Source of the DNA: Raillietiella orientalis
Taxonomy: Eukaryota
Direction: 5' to 3'
Assembly (NCBI GenBank): GCA_036172245.1
Contig: JAYWIR010000031.1
Coordinates: 1,736,001-1,800,000, forward strand
Length of the DNA: 64,000 nt
The position numbers were made by a program, and so were the translations under genes. Position 1 is the stretch's first letter; every line of letters begins with the position of its first letter. Shown here piece by piece: positions 12,201-25,219 of the stretch. The notes beneath the pieces were generated by a model, which worked only from the letters and a program-made list of their open reading frames with translations, was not told the origin of the DNA and ran no database searches.

Positions 12201-13930
12201 TTAGAAACGGAGAGATTGGGAGGAATTCTCCGGTTGTCGGAACAACGATCGAAGGCTTCCGTTCCTCTCTGAACATTTTTGTTTCACTCATTTATTTGTA
12301 GGATTGCTTGAAAGGTCACAGAATGAGAAGGGGAACGCATTTCCGAGTTGTTGCACTTTGAGATGTCTGCTGGTTCGGTTCTCAGACTGCCACGAAGCAT
12401 TCCAGAGATCGCAGTCACTATTACTGCTGGAGACAGGAATCTTCTTTTTTGTTTTTCAAACGTCTCCATCGAGCTGTTTTGTTTTGTCTCCGTTCTCGCC
12501 GTGGCGTGCCGGCTGTACTCCTCATAAAACCTCTTTTTTGAAAACCACTTTCTCCTCCCGATAAGCAAGTCCGCTTTCATTCATCTGGAGTTGGAAAGAA
12601 TCTGCAAATCATTTTTCGACTTCCGCTTTTCTACATTCCCTACCGCCTTAAGAGATCGCTGCTTTCAGCATGTGAGGAAGGTTTCCTCCAGAGCTCCATG
12701 TTCAGGGATTCGGAACGCTAAAAAATGTTCCTTGATTCGTTTAATGAGTGCAAGGATCAAGGTGAGCTCCGCGAAGACGGTGCTCTTGGAGCCATTCCGT
12801 CGGAAGAGATGATGACGCTCAAAAAGATGATAAAATTTGATCCCCAAACTGAGAATCTATCATATGCACCTTTAGCAATCGCGCAGTAGGTGAAAGCAGC
12901 AGAAGCTCAGTTCTCTTCGAAATCTTTGGGAGTTATCATGGCAACGAGTAGGACAATGGGCAGCTACGCCTAAAGACCACCTATCAAATAGTACATTTAG
13001 CTGTGTGAGTTTGAAAGTTCGTTGATGGAGGCTGCTGTCACTAGAAGCACGACTAAACCTCTTCCTTCCGGCCCGAGATTGTGGATCTTCAAAGGGATCC
13101 CACATGAAACACTCAAGCAACTGGAAATGTAGGACTTTTCCTTCGAACAATTTGGAGGACACAGCAGCCTTCCGTGTTTCCGTGGCACCAGGAATTCAAT
13201 TTGGAATCCGAACGCCCCTTCCCAGCTGTTTAGGGGCTTCGTCGACGGAGTCTACCTTCCCCGAGTCCAGACAAGTCTTTCCGTGCAATGAAGTCGTCTC
13301 CGCTCCTTGATGGCTTCAGAGTGTGCTGCCGTTCCAAACGTCCATCCTCTTTGGGAGCATCCGGGATCGATACAGCGAAATCTCTCGGTGCCAGCCGTGG
13401 GTGTTCTCGCTCCACCTGACTCCTCGAACTCTCGTTTGGTCCCTGCGCCTATGCTGAGCCCGCGCGAGCGATTTCGACGTTCCCTTCGTAGGTAACCGGG
13501 CTGAGGTATCCTGCTTTACCACTCTCGTTGGATTAACGGATGCGTTCAATCTCCCTTTCGGACACCAATATCAGATCGTCTCTCAGTTTTCAGCCTGATT
13601 CACTGACTCTTTCCGAGGGATCAGATTGAAGGTTTGATCCCTCGGAAAGATTCCGCGTACACATAAGAATATTCCGTGGACTTTGGAGTTCGAATGACAA
13701 GTTTCCGTTCTTTCTCCTAAACGATGTTTCCCTCGGTGGTTCCTAGAGATTGCATTCTACTCCAGAGGAGTCTTGTCTTGCTCTTCTGAGAGAAAGAGGG
13801 CTCAAACCAAGAGATTCCGATCCCAGAGCACTGAACTCGCTGCTGCAGAACAGTGAACCCTACTTTCCGGTGCCAGCTGTAGAGGAAGCAGCTTGCTTTT
13901 ACCTTGAGCTTCGGTAGGAACACTATGCAC
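9300..13930 (-). mobile_element. BEL/Pao LTR retrotransposon, decayed gag-pol
   Basis: Minus-strand motifs are collinear. Gag: 'LPKLKV' (~13900). Protease region: 'GIKFYHLF..GSKSTVFAELT'. RT: 'FLPISPFL..TVKI..FQDA', 'LLERFP', 'KLKWR', 'TPFNAQL'. RNase H: 'PLGFL', 'FVHVPT'. Integrase: 'RALLRTCFTTR..PIADLPAGVLTASPLQ..DPLLPF..RYLSTF..AEELQS', 'WEMMI', 'PYEGLTKLFDAV'. LTRs not identified. Confidence 0.75.
13608..13650. repeat. Perfect 16-bp inverted repeat (hairpin)
   Basis: TCTTTCCGAGGGATCA-(11 nt)-TGATCCCTCGGAAAGA. Confidence 0.95.
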
Positions 13931-14449
13931 TATGCTCCCTGGAGGGTTCGAATGTAGTTTTGCAGGAATTCTTGGAATCCAAGGTTTCAAAGGCATTCAG
14001 TGGCTGCAGTCGGACAGCAGCACCGACCGGTTCTTCAATGCTGGAAGGGCGTATGGATATTGGATTGCTGTTGGTCTATATAAGGGTGGACTGATCAGCC
14101 CCAAGATCATTTGGACAGGAATCCTGATGGAGGGGGAGAGTCTGATCTTTCGGGTGCATAGTTCGCCAGCAAGGCAGACGTCGCAAGGATTTGGTAGTGA
14201 CTGTCCAGGAGATGGTCATGCAAAGGCAAGGCAAGGTGCCATGGTGACAGCGATTGGTAGAATGGAGATGGTAGAATGCCATCCGTACAGGTCGTGAGAT
14301 GGAGGGAACGGTGCAGGAACACGAAACTGTGCCATTCAAAGTGGCACAGCAGATCGTGGGGTACTGATTAGTGACTGCCCATCAACTCTGTGCACCGAAA
14401 GCTCATTGTGGACGGAACGAGGTTTCCCCACCCAGATGAGAGAGGCTCT

Positions 14450-16250
14450 CACGAGAGTGCCTTTCTACTTGGGAATCTGTTATCGATCAAAGAGACATGA
14501 CACGGAAATGATCATTCCATTCCTCGATCACATGTGGCAAAGGAAGGTGGATGTTTGGTGAGGATCGTCAAGAAAAGTGGAACAGAGATCGGAGCAGCCT
14601 ACAGGGAAGTGATGGATCAGAGAAGACGACAGGGAGATTTGAGGCGTTAAACGAAATGCCAAAAGTGAATCCCTCAGGCGTACACTACCCGCCTCCTGGG
14701 AGAGGATCGAGGTCGAAAGAAGATGGAGGATTCTCCTCATGAATGCATCGCGGAGAGGATCATCTCTATGAGAAAGCAAAGAAGAAAGCTCAAAACACGA
14801 GTGATGCTTATCTTCCGTGTTGGGAACGCTTGCATGGGTTCGTGGGTTGTAGGTCATCAGAAAAGTCATTTTTAAAAAAAAAGAAATCAAACGAGTTCCC
14901 CAGCAGGTGGATCAAACATTTCCTCCCTCTCCCTGGAACACGGTAGGGCACGCGATCACTATGACTACTCTAAACAAGTGGCTGCCGAAAAGAATCCTGA
15001 CAAGCGCGACCAGGGAAGGGAGATTTTATGATTTTATAAATTAAATGGATGATAGAGTCGAGGAACTGATTTCCCCGAGGATGTGTGGAACTCTTACGAG
15101 ATGAAGAAGCGGAAATGATGGCTTGGTAGATATGCAGGAGCGGGACCCTGGAGAAGCAGATAACCTGTTAGCTTGGATCTTTCTGAGTGAAATGTGTTTG
15201 GAATTAGCGAGTGGTGAGGTGGAGTGTGAATCAAGGAGCTGCCAAAGCTGCGGCCAGAGCAGGAGAGGCCAGAGTCGATTTCCTAAATCCCCCTAATGTG
15301 GGAAATGTCAGAGATGCCACAATTCAGGAAAACGTCCTTATTTCTTCCAGGTCCGGGAGGTGTCATTTCGTGTCCGGGATGCTGCCAGTTTGTGTAGGGA
15401 ACGCTGACTCTGAAAGGAAAAAAAAAAAACAAAAATCGTTGCCTTTCACGCCGAGGTGTGCTTCCGGTGTTTCGCAAATCGGCAGACGGCAGCTGCTACC
15501 TTGCTACCGGATCATTTCCGGAAAGCATCTGTTTTCCTTGGCTCCGCAGGCTGACCAATCACGCCATCTCGGTTGACCAAGTGCTTGGTTGTTCAATTAG
15601 TTCGCGCGTGGCGCTCCTTCTGAAGCAGCGCTCGATGGAGAGAAGTACTTTCGGGGGCTCGCAAGCATTTTGCCTTCTCGTGAAATTTGCAAGGTGCTGA
15701 TGCGAAGTGATGGTCACGGTTATGATGGTACGAGGGATGGGGGGTAAAACTTAAGAATAGTGCAGAGCTGCTGAAGGATGAAAGTGAACAAAGATCGATC
15801 AATCCTGTGGTAAGGAAGACGTCCCATTCGAGGAGCTGCTGAGCTCAGAGGAATTCCTCCGTTTGTTAATGCCCTTCGAAATGAGTTACTATGATATGAG
15901 TGCTGGTGATAGGTGAAGAGAAAATTCGCGTTTCTTTTCCTCTTAGAGGTGGTCCTTTATTGATTTGCAGCATCTCTGCGGTCTCGTCGCGAGATTCCAC
16001 CTGATGTCAGCAAAGGGGAAAAGTTCCTGAAGGTTCTCTGGAGGCTGCAAAAGGCAAACTTCCATCTCTCCTAACGCGAGTTTCGAAAGAATCTGTGGGT
16101 CTCCATTTCCCTACGATGAGCTTAGATAGGGCTTTTCCTACCTGATGAGCATCTGAATCATTCCACCGCCCATGTGGAAAAAGGTTAGGAATTCGCTTTC
16201 CTAATGTCATGAGGTTGGGGTGAGAGAAAGGTCAGCAGCGGTCTTGTCCG
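14450..16250 (-). mobile_element. Gypsy-like LTR retrotransposon pol remnant
   Basis: RT-like 'IVGKWRP', RNase H-like 'HRALLQKERHA' and integrase-like 'DDPLRDAFMRRILHLL...RLRDSLLAFRLTPQ' occur in Gypsy order on the minus strand. Confidence 0.5.
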
Positions 16251-17269
16251 CTGACCTTCGTGAAGTAGCATCACAGAGAGCCTCAAGCTGTGGGAGGCTT
16301 TCGGGAAACTCCTTGATCCACTTGAGTGACAAACGTTCTTCGAAGGAGAATGAAAATTCTTCTAAAAGGTTCCAGGGTGCTCATTTACACCCGGCCACAC
16401 AGATAAGTACTGAAGGAAATATTGCAACACCTTGGTCGTGTACTGTTTTAGACCTCAGCTCCGTCTCCGTTCATGTCTCTGCGCTGTTGGCAGTTCTTTG
16501 GCTTTTGTCGGTTTCTTGAAGAAGAGGGCATCTCTCTCATCTTCTTCCCCAGGAAAGCTTCCTCTCCACTTTACCTTCTCTGACGTCTCCTCAAGGTCTC
16601 GTAGAACGGCTTCAGGAAAAAAAGAACGATTTCCAGCTTATTCGCACGGTAATTCGCCGGAAGCGAGCAAAGCTTTTGGGAGCCCACAGGACTTTGCTGG
16701 CGCTACTGTCTGCCGTAGCTCCTCTCGCCGAGTGAGTAGTGGCTGCGGCCGTGGGGCCTCCTTTGCCGCGCTGTGAAAGTAACGTGTCGGAACAAGAAAG
16801 AATGCGCTTCCGGGGACGAGCGGTCCTTCCGTCTCGCTATCGCTCCACCATCCCTCTCACCTTCATAGAGAAGCGGACGCAGAGGAACGTTGAATGTCCC
16901 TTCCGTGTACTAAGGAGCTTCGAACTCCTCTTACGGCGTGCTCCTTCCCTCAGCCGGAGGGGCGGAGCCACAGTGGCCGCAGAGCCGGTTCCTGTCTACG
17001 AGTGGAGGACGAGGCCGTGTTGGTCCTCTTGCGAGCGCCCTTGTGGGACTAGCAGAGATTTGCGCTCTGGGTGGATGCTCCTCCTAGTGAAGGGCGGCTT
17101 CCCACCGCGGCAGCAGCTCGATGCAGATTTTCCATTCAGCAGTCTTGTAACGTCTCCCATTTTCAGGGTTCGTGAGGATCGGATCCCTCCGCCCAAGAGA
17201 CACTCTAATCCGTGAAAGCTGGATGTATGAAAGGGAATCCAACGCAAGTACTCGCAGCGTCGTAAAGCA

Positions 17270-17678
17270 ATGCATTCGGGAACTCGGGATTCCCGCTACC
17301 CGCTGAAAAAAAAGCTGAAAGAATGCTGCAGAGGCGTGCTGTCCTTCTTCTTCGCACAGATCGGCGTCTGCGGATTAGTGGTCGGCTACACGATAGCGGG
17401 AGCCGTGTTGTTCCTGAAGATCGAATCGGAGGTCGAGACATCAGCAGATGGGAAGGTGAGCGGCCTGAGGAACGAGCATGTCGAGTCCCTCTGGAACCTC
17501 ACCCGCCGGCTGAACATTCTGCACGAAAGCGAATGGCGCCGCGAGGCCGACGACATCCTGTTGAAGTACAAGAACGAGTTGACTAAGTTTGTGAGAAGCG
17601 GTCACTTCGGGGACGACCTGCAGAGGTGGAATTTCGCAGCTTCGCTGATGTATTGCTTGAGCGTGTACACCACGATCG
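17270..17678 (+). CDS. Two-pore-domain potassium channel (K2P, TWiK/KCNK family), coding exon 1
   Basis: Encodes M1 'FFFAQIGVCGLVVGYTIAGAVLFLKIE', the cap, and pore helix 1 'WNFAASLMYCLSVYTTIG'. Phase-1 donor G|GTAACG at 17678/17679. Confidence 0.93.
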
Positions 17679-18109
17679 GTAACGAGCCTTTAGAATATGT
17701 TCTCTGCTGCTTTCGATTTGTTGCAAGAAAAGTCGGTGTTGAACCCAATGACCTCCGATCCGTGTAAGCTGAGGGAGCGGTTGGTTACGGGACGCGATGA
17801 TGAACTCGCAAAGAGGAAACTGGGATTGCACATGTTTTCACTTGGGAACGGGAAACGACCCTAGCCACGGGGAAAGGAGGAGGGACTTCGAAGATCTCGA
17901 AAGGTCGCATGGGTTCGGGCTCATTTCGCTACCACTTGAGCGTTTCTGAGAAGGTTCGCAGGTCTGCCAAGTACTCCGGAATCGGGGGCATCAGCAGAGT
18001 CAGCGTCCTGCCCTACGTTTCTGCTTCCTCTTGCGTTTTGAACGTGCGATTCGATCTGTACGTGCAAATGACACGTGACCTGGTTGCTTCCGGGCCCTCT
18101 CTGCGAATT

Positions 18110-18600
18110 CCCATGTGAAGTTGCCGTACTCGTTATGGACTGATGCCAGAGGTATCCAGCTTGATACTGTTGAAAATAATATACTTGCGAGATGATGATG
18201 GCAATTCAGAACTTCACACAAAGACGATGAGTAAACTAAAAGCCTGGCAGCACTGTTAGCATTAGCATGAAACAGTGATCTTGGATACGTAGACGCAGCA
18301 GGTTCTTTTCATATGGGAATTTTTTATCGTTCTTTTAAGGACAGATTCCTAAAGTGCCAATGAAAATAGCAGGAAATGGAAGGAATTTTCTCGTGTGGTT
18401 CCAGAAGTTTCCTATATAACCAGTGTTGGTGAAATTCGTCATTCTTCCTTGGCACCAAGATCAGTTACTGCATGCAACCGTAGACTCGGTGCTGATTATT
18501 TGACTTTCATTTCCGGGTGAAGCATTCTCAGCCACACAACCTTAGTATTCCATAGAGTTACATCAGATGCAGCTTCTCCGAGCTGAACATTCCCAAAGAT
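18110..18600 (+). mobile_element. Possible Gypsy RNase H remnant
   Basis: 'LWTDARGIQLDTV' (cf. TDAS..GLGAVL) and 'FHMGIFYRSFKD' (cf. YL.G..F.I.TD). Multiple stops. Confidence 0.3.
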
Positions 18601-18722
18601 TTTTGCAGGTTAATTAGATGGCAGACCCAGATTTGATTGTTTAATTGATTACCCATTCTTTTGATGCTTCTTTGAGAATCCGTTTTATGCAAGAAGGAAG
18701 AGATTTCCAAATACATTTATGT

Positions 18723-18820
18723 AGGGAGAGGGAAGAAGGGAGGAAGAGGAATAAAGGGAAGGAGGGGGAAGGGGGTAGGAAGAGGAAGGAGGAGGAGAGA
18801 GGGAGAGAAGAGTAAGAGGA
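18723..18820 (+). repeat. Purine-rich (G/A) low-complexity tract
   Basis: About 100 nt almost entirely G and A (GGGAGAGGGAAGAAGGGAGGAAGAGG...). Confidence 0.85.
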
Positions 18821-19084
18821 TACATTTATGAGAAAAGCGTAAATTCCGGTTCCTTTCAAGTTTTTCACACGGAAGTAGCTGAGTTGTTACAGAGCGAAAA
18901 TGTGGCAGCATTGCATCCTTTACTCATCGGCATATTCTCTGTTCTCTCCACACTGACTCAGAATTCCTCATCCAAAACCTGACCCGCGATCCTTTCGTCC
19001 GCCGATCAATCTGTGATCTTCGTTCGAAATCACTCCGGTGAAACCCTAAGATCACGGGGATGAAGAACGCAGAGACAGGAAGAC

Positions 19085-19300
19085 ACCCGCAGGTTTTACT
19101 TTGAACCGGTAATCGTTGGATACCTCCTCACGTCATGGAGACTCCATTTTGGATTTAGAGGTTTCAAACTGAAGGGATTCTAAGGAAGGTCGTCCAATTA
19201 GTAAGCCTTGCTTGTTCCATCAGTCATCCTTGCTTTGATGTTTTCGAGAAGAAACTCGCAACTTTCCACTCTTAGTGAACACCCGATGTTTCCCGGTAGA
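19085..19300 (+). mobile_element. LINE AP-endonuclease C-terminal remnant (CR1/Jockey-like)
   Basis: 'SRHGDSILDL' (cf. PTR.GNILDL) followed by 'ISHPCF' (cf. SDH). Confidence 0.4.
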
Positions 19301-20999
19301 GTTTATTTTGAATCTAAGAGTTTTTATCCAATCCAGTCTGTGCATTAACGGATTTGTTTCCATTCATCTTAACGAATACCTCATTTACCTGCTAGCAAAG
19401 CCACATTTCTCTTTTCTTTAATACACAGCGGGGGTTTGTCACTACGCAACTCAAAGCTGCGGATCGCTTTGCTGCTGCTGGAATTTCATTAAAAATCATC
19501 AAGAGATCAGCATGAAACGGGAAACATGTTTCAGGAGCAGGACTCCATTCTCGAGCTCTTGCACGCGCGGAAAGGCGATGAAAGTAGGCGGACATCTTGG
19601 TTATGGAAGATGCATCCTTGTGAACTTCTAAACGAATGCGAGAGGTCAGCGAGCATGTAAAAAATTCCGAAAAAGCAGACTCCAGTAAGCCAACTCCTCT
19701 GTCATCCTCATACTCACCTCATTTGCTTCCCTGGTGCCATCCCCTGCAGTCCCACCCGCTCAACGTTGGCATGAGTTTAAACAAGCAACAACCTGTGTCA
19801 CCATCATCACTAGCATGCTTTGAATTCTTCGCTCAACCAAAGCCTTTGAGATTGTCAGTCCTTTCGTACTAAAAAAAATCCCGCCATCATTCAAGGGCAG
19901 AAACCAATGTGGTCCATGCCGGGAAAGTTTCGTTGCGTCCCAATGGTTGTTGCTGCGTGTCTCTCATGTTACCAAGTTAATTTTCCAACTAGAAGCGAAG
20001 AGAACCGTTTAGCCATCAGGGTGCTTTGAGAAATGTGATGAGGCGGTTGCAGATTCAAAGCATAACTCTCAAAAGCAGGGAGGAGGGTGTAGGACGGAAC
20101 GTGATTTCTAATGGAGGAAACACGAAACATGGTCATATACTGGGTCATATCCTGCTTATGGGGGAAATCAGTCGGTTGCGTGTTCCCATGACTTGTTTCC
20201 TTGTTTGTTTTCCCATAATTGTTCCTAAGCAAGCAGATGCAGTGGGATTACATGAATGTGCTCAGACTCCCGATCGTCAAGAATTCCTGGAGGTTCAAAG
20301 ACACATGAAATGATTGGATCGAAAATGGGAACTTGAACTTCATCCTCTCCTAAAGTAATCTCCAGCGACGATGAACGAAGGAGATAAAGGAGCAATTCTA
20401 AAGTGCATCACATATAAGCTGCAAAGTCCTCGAGTGCACGCAGTCAATCTCTGGAGCTGGCTACCATCGATGAAACTGATTACATCTCAGATGCGAGGAC
20501 GAGTGCAAATTCTCGCAACGGTTTTCGTGAATTCCTAGACTTCGAGTGCATGGAGGCAGAGGCGGACATCGGACGGCATGCTGAGAAAGAGGGAGGAAGA
20601 GAGGAAGGGGGAAAAAAATCTAATGGCTGCTGTAGACGACCTCGAAAACAAGCACAAGAGTTGTTCGGCCCAAACTCCAGAAGAATGTCTGCGGAGTTTC
20701 TACATAGGTCCTTGGCGTTCGCAAGGAATGGGTTCTTCCTTGGTTTTTTTCTTCTCCGAAAATTGACCGAACGGCGAGGAAAAACACACACACACACACA
20801 CGCGCGTGTGTTGCCTGCCAGTAGGCTCGAGTAGAGGTTCTCATTCGAAGGCTAGCAGGTAGATGATGACAGCTGAAGTAGCTCATGGGAGTGCGCTGAA
20901 TGCGATGACCGAAAGTGAAGAATGGGATTGGGGTCTCAGGATTTGAGACGAAGGAGACTGTATTTTTCTCTCTCATGAAGCTCAGAGATGCAACAGTAA

Positions 21000-21750
21000 A
21001 GGAAAAATCGACAGCAGGAGCCTATCTGGTTAACTCGTTCCAGCCTACTCCTGTGACTGGAGAGCAAGATGAAGAATCATCATTCGGAGCAAGTGAAGAT
21101 CACTTCCTATGATAACAGCCAGCAATTCATCCCCTTATCTTTAGTCATAATATCCGGGATGAAGAAGTCGGAAGTATCAGTATTGGTAGTGTGATGCTTG
21201 AAGCGAGCGTGCCCATGAACTGAGGATGAGGAATTCAGGGATCCGATGGAGCCATGCTTTTATGGTTCTTGCCCAGTCAAGGTGACGTTTCAAAGGGTTC
21301 CCCAAAGGGATCCCATCACATATATCACACCCGGAAGGAACCTAGCTCTGATGGTTTTTGGCATGAGAAATTCTCATGGAAACGTTGGAGTGATTATCAG
21401 AAAAGGAAAGCAAATGGTTTCATTGTGCCCATCGGTTTTTCAGCGTACACAACCGAAACGGAGATGATTACCCTCCCTGCCGTTTCCATGGAAAATGAAG
21501 ACGAAGAAACAACGAAATTCTTGAAAAATCACAAGAAATGCTCTCTGGAGGCTAATGAAACAGAAATCCGTCTAAGAATTTTGAGAAATCCATGCCACAG
21601 ACTCAACCTTGAGGATGAAGAAGGAAAGCTTCTTGTAAATTCCGCCGCGAGAGCAAAAGGCTGGCAAGTCATCATGTTAAAAAGCATCGTTAAGGAATGG
21701 GAAACTGAAGATTAAGCAATGGCGGAGAACATTCTTGGATCTAACTGTAG
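21000..21750 (+). mobile_element. Gypsy reverse-transcriptase remnant
   Basis: 'FQRVPQRDPITYITPGRNLALMVFGMRNS' resembles 'TAF.TP.G.Y.F.VMPFG(L/M)RNAP'. Confidence 0.45.
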
Positions 21751-22449
21751 AGGTAGTAAGGGACGAAAAACAAGCTTGCTGAAGAGGATGGAATTTTCTG
21801 TAAAAAAACGAAACAAAACAAAGCACTGAACTCGGAGGGGAAGAAAGGATGGCATGAGGTTAATGAGATCGAAATCGACAGAGCTGCTTCCGGACAATCC
21901 TAAACAGTCAGCTCACTCCAGAAACGGCAAAGAGCAGTTCTAGAAATTGGTATTCTTTGAGAGCAGACATTCATGTTTCCTCCCCTTATTCAACAGCAGC
22001 AGTGTGACACGTCTGGTCCCCTTGGGAAGATCAAGAGATTTTCGTAGGAATAGCCGACATTATTTAAATCGAGGAGATCACAGAGATAATAACCAAGCTA
22101 ATCTGGCAGCTCCATACTATTCAAGCTGAATTCGAACCATCCGCTTGCAGAGCGGATCATAGAAGTGAAACTGGCAAATTACGGGGAGCATTTTGCTTCC
22201 AGATCCTTAAGAGGATCGTTTTCGAGTCCGGGTCGCGCGTCAGTTGACTCTGCTCTAGACTAACTCGGAAACCAAGAAGAGAGTATGCGTCCCAATTTCA
22301 CGGAGTAGCGTGTCTGCACCAGCCAAGATTCATCGAATCCAAGAAGCTCGAAGACAGCAAAGAAAAGACAAAGTCGATAAGTTCCTTCGTGACCATCTGA
22401 AACTGAATCTCGAGTGGCATCCACCAACAGACTGTGATGCTCTTCTGTG

Positions 22450-23300
22450 ACGGATGCTCTCCGGGAATCTCCCCTCAGGAAACTGGACGGATTTGAAGCG
22501 AGCCATCGCTCCCTGGATCGATTTCGAATTCATAGGTGGGACGCCGGATACGTGATTGTTCCGTGCTACGTGCGGAGATTCCTGAATTCCCCAGAAAATG
22601 TTCGAGGAGCCCTAAAAGCCAGGGACACATCAAGCAGCAAAGAAAGCATGAAAAATTTGTTCTTCTCAGTCACTTGGATGGCAGGGATTCATTTGTCCCA
22701 TGGCTTGGGTGAAAAATGCAATACCTTCATTATCGCAGTGTTTCAGTTTCAGCTCGGGCGTTAGAAGAAGCCCTTCTGTTTTCACATGTAACTCTATTTT
22801 TTACACGCACGCCTCCCCCACGAACGATTTCTTCTTCGATGTACCGAAGCATGTTACCTCATCTTTCAAGAAGAAAATCTGCCATTCTTCTCCACGTCAT
22901 TCTTGCCACTCTCCTTCCTCCATGTTTTCATTCCTTCAGTTGTCATGGATACGCTTTGACTGATCTGTTCATCGCTCTGCTTTCACTTCGGGAGTGGACT
23001 CCATCCCTTTGTGGTAACCCGATCATAGGACGCGCGGAGTTTATCTGCAGAGCTATCTCTCTGAGATCCTTCCAATGCTTTTTGTGTCACAGTGGATTCT
23101 TAGGGGACAATTGCGAGTGCCCCCAGGCTGCTGCAGCTCCGTTGCATGGAAACTTATCCTGTTTTATCAAAATTATGGTCTGTTACGTCTATCAAACAGA
23201 CACGGTTTGCGTGCAACTACACAAAGATTCCATCATCAACTGCACTCTTTAAATAAAAGTTGCCGACTCCATAAAGAGAACGAAAGGAGTCAAAACTCTG
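22450..23300 (+). mobile_element. pogo/Tigger-type DDE transposase remnant
   Basis: Collinear motifs: 'FEASHRSLDRFRIHR' (cf. F.AS.GWL.RFK.RH), 'NDFFFDVPKHVTSSFKKKICH' (cf. DETGLF...P..TL), 'PIIGR', 'FLGDNCECP' (cf. LL.DN...H), 'QTDTVCVQLHKDSII' (cf. NTTS..QP.DQGII). Confidence 0.7.
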
Positions 23301-24269
23301 TAACTAATCTGAAATGAATGAGATGAACGCCGAGAGTGAGGTTTTCGAAGCAAAGTACCTGCTCACGGAAAAAAACTAAAATGGTCCAGAGAACGTGCTG
23401 CACATCAGATATCACACGAGACACCATAAAAATCACAAATGCGATAATCATATCCAGAATATGCAAGCTCGACTAAAATTAAAGAAGGAATCTTACGAGA
23501 GATGTATGAAGAGGCTTTATCGTACATAAACTGCAGCAGACTGGGGATACTTTGTCGTAGACGCTAAGGCAGACGAAGCTCTTCAAGGAAGCAGAAATCC
23601 TGAAACCAAACAGCAGCAGTCCTCATACAACTTCCTGAACGAAGGAGTCAAAATAAACAAAAGGGGAGGAAAAAAAAAAAAAATCAACGAATTCTCAAGC
23701 AGAGTCCCACGGTGAGACCTTCCTGGAAAATCCAAAGATGTGCTCTTCGTTCGGCGCTCTTTGGTGAAAGCTGCCACTGTGCAACTTATTATCAAATCCG
23801 CGGATTCCAGAACTGATAACGAACAACTGTGTATCAGCGAAGAACCACTTGAGACGTGATGATACTCCATCAGGATAAATTGGGCTGATTCTCTGATCCG
23901 TTAAAGAATTTTAAAGCCGCCATTCACACATTTGATTACATACTTTCTCACAAGCGATCTCGAGGAGCAGAGACTCGCTTCAGGAGACGCTCTTTTCAAC
24001 AGTCTTGCGAAAATCAGAGTCCTCCAGAGCGATGTTCTTTTCCTTGATTTCCTTCGCTTTGCTCTGAAGTCGAAGGATTGGCGCGAAGGAGCCAACTCGG
24101 AATTCAAAAACGCGGTGGTCATCTCGACGATCCTAATGTTTTAGGTGGTTTTGGGAACACCACCAGACCCCATCACCAGTTTAGTGTTATGGTCTTTTCG
24201 ATGTTAGGAGTGATGCTTTGTGCTTTCCTGATCTGAAAAATCAAGTGTAGGGAATGCACTGCAGACCCT

Positions 24270-24500
24270 CAATGTTGAAAATACGAATGTGGATTGGATC
24301 TAAAAGTAATTGTGTGGATTTTCAAAGTCTTTCCAGCAAAGCGAGGTGATTCTCTAAAACTGAATTTGATGGAGACACGAGCCGGCGTCTCGGCTGAGGA
24401 GCCACCTTGGCGATCCAAGAGTAATTTTTTCATCAATGAAAATAGGCCGATATAAGTAGAGGGTGCAGTTGACGGAGCCACGATTTGAGAAGTGCTTTAA
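24270..24500 (-). mobile_element. hAT transposase C-terminal dimerisation-domain remnant
   Basis: 'PSTAPSTYIGLFSLMKKLLLDRQGGSSAET' (cf. P.SS...ER.FS......R..L..E). Confidence 0.4.
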
Positions 24501-25219
24501 GGCCGCTCATCAAAATGCTATATAGTTTGGTTTACGCGAGCTCACAAAAACACATACGTGTAAACAACATGAGGTTTTAGACACGATGTATGTGAAAAAC
24601 AGCTGTTAAGTTAAGTTAAAGCTGCAGCGTTAGAATTTGGATCTTCTAACTGGAACAGTCTCCTTCACAGTGTGATCTGTTTCTCAGGACTTTGTCGAGA
24701 TGTACATGCAGCCGTCTTTGCAACTGTACTAATGAGGATTTCTCAGTCGATTGTCCTAATCCACTTCCGTATTACTTCCATACTCAAGATGTACAAACTG
24801 TACTATTATTACCAGTAGTTTTGTTAGATTAGGTGCCAGCTCTTCCTAGTACCATTTCGCTAGAAGACCTCCATTCAATTTTCCGTGACACTCCGCAGGA
24901 ACACTCTGTCGGCTTTAATGTATTATAAAAGTTGCTGTTGTGTGTTGAGTGCCATAAGAGAAGCAGCTGGAGGCCTTATACGTGGGTTCCTTGGAATTAG
25001 ATAGGAAGCAGCTCTCCAGTTCCGTACAAAATGGTCAAAGTGAACTGGTAATTCCGTTCAAGATGATGGGAAAATTTGAAAAAGTTTCCCAAGTAAGATT
25101 TAGATTAGGATTTAGACGAGGTTGTAGGGCAGAATGGTTTGGATGAGAATGGTTCAAATTAAATAAGATTCAGAACCAAGGTGAATGAGTGGCCGCGAGA
25201 AATCATTTAGAGGAAAGTC

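Noticed and set aside
16959..16968. GC box GGGGCGGAGC as the channel promoter
   Set aside because: A single short motif. The splice acceptor at 17166 suggests the TSS lies elsewhere.
17679..17767. ORF 17270-17767 as a complete 165-aa protein
   Set aside because: Channel similarity ends at TTIG, exactly at a GT donor. The rest is intron read-through.
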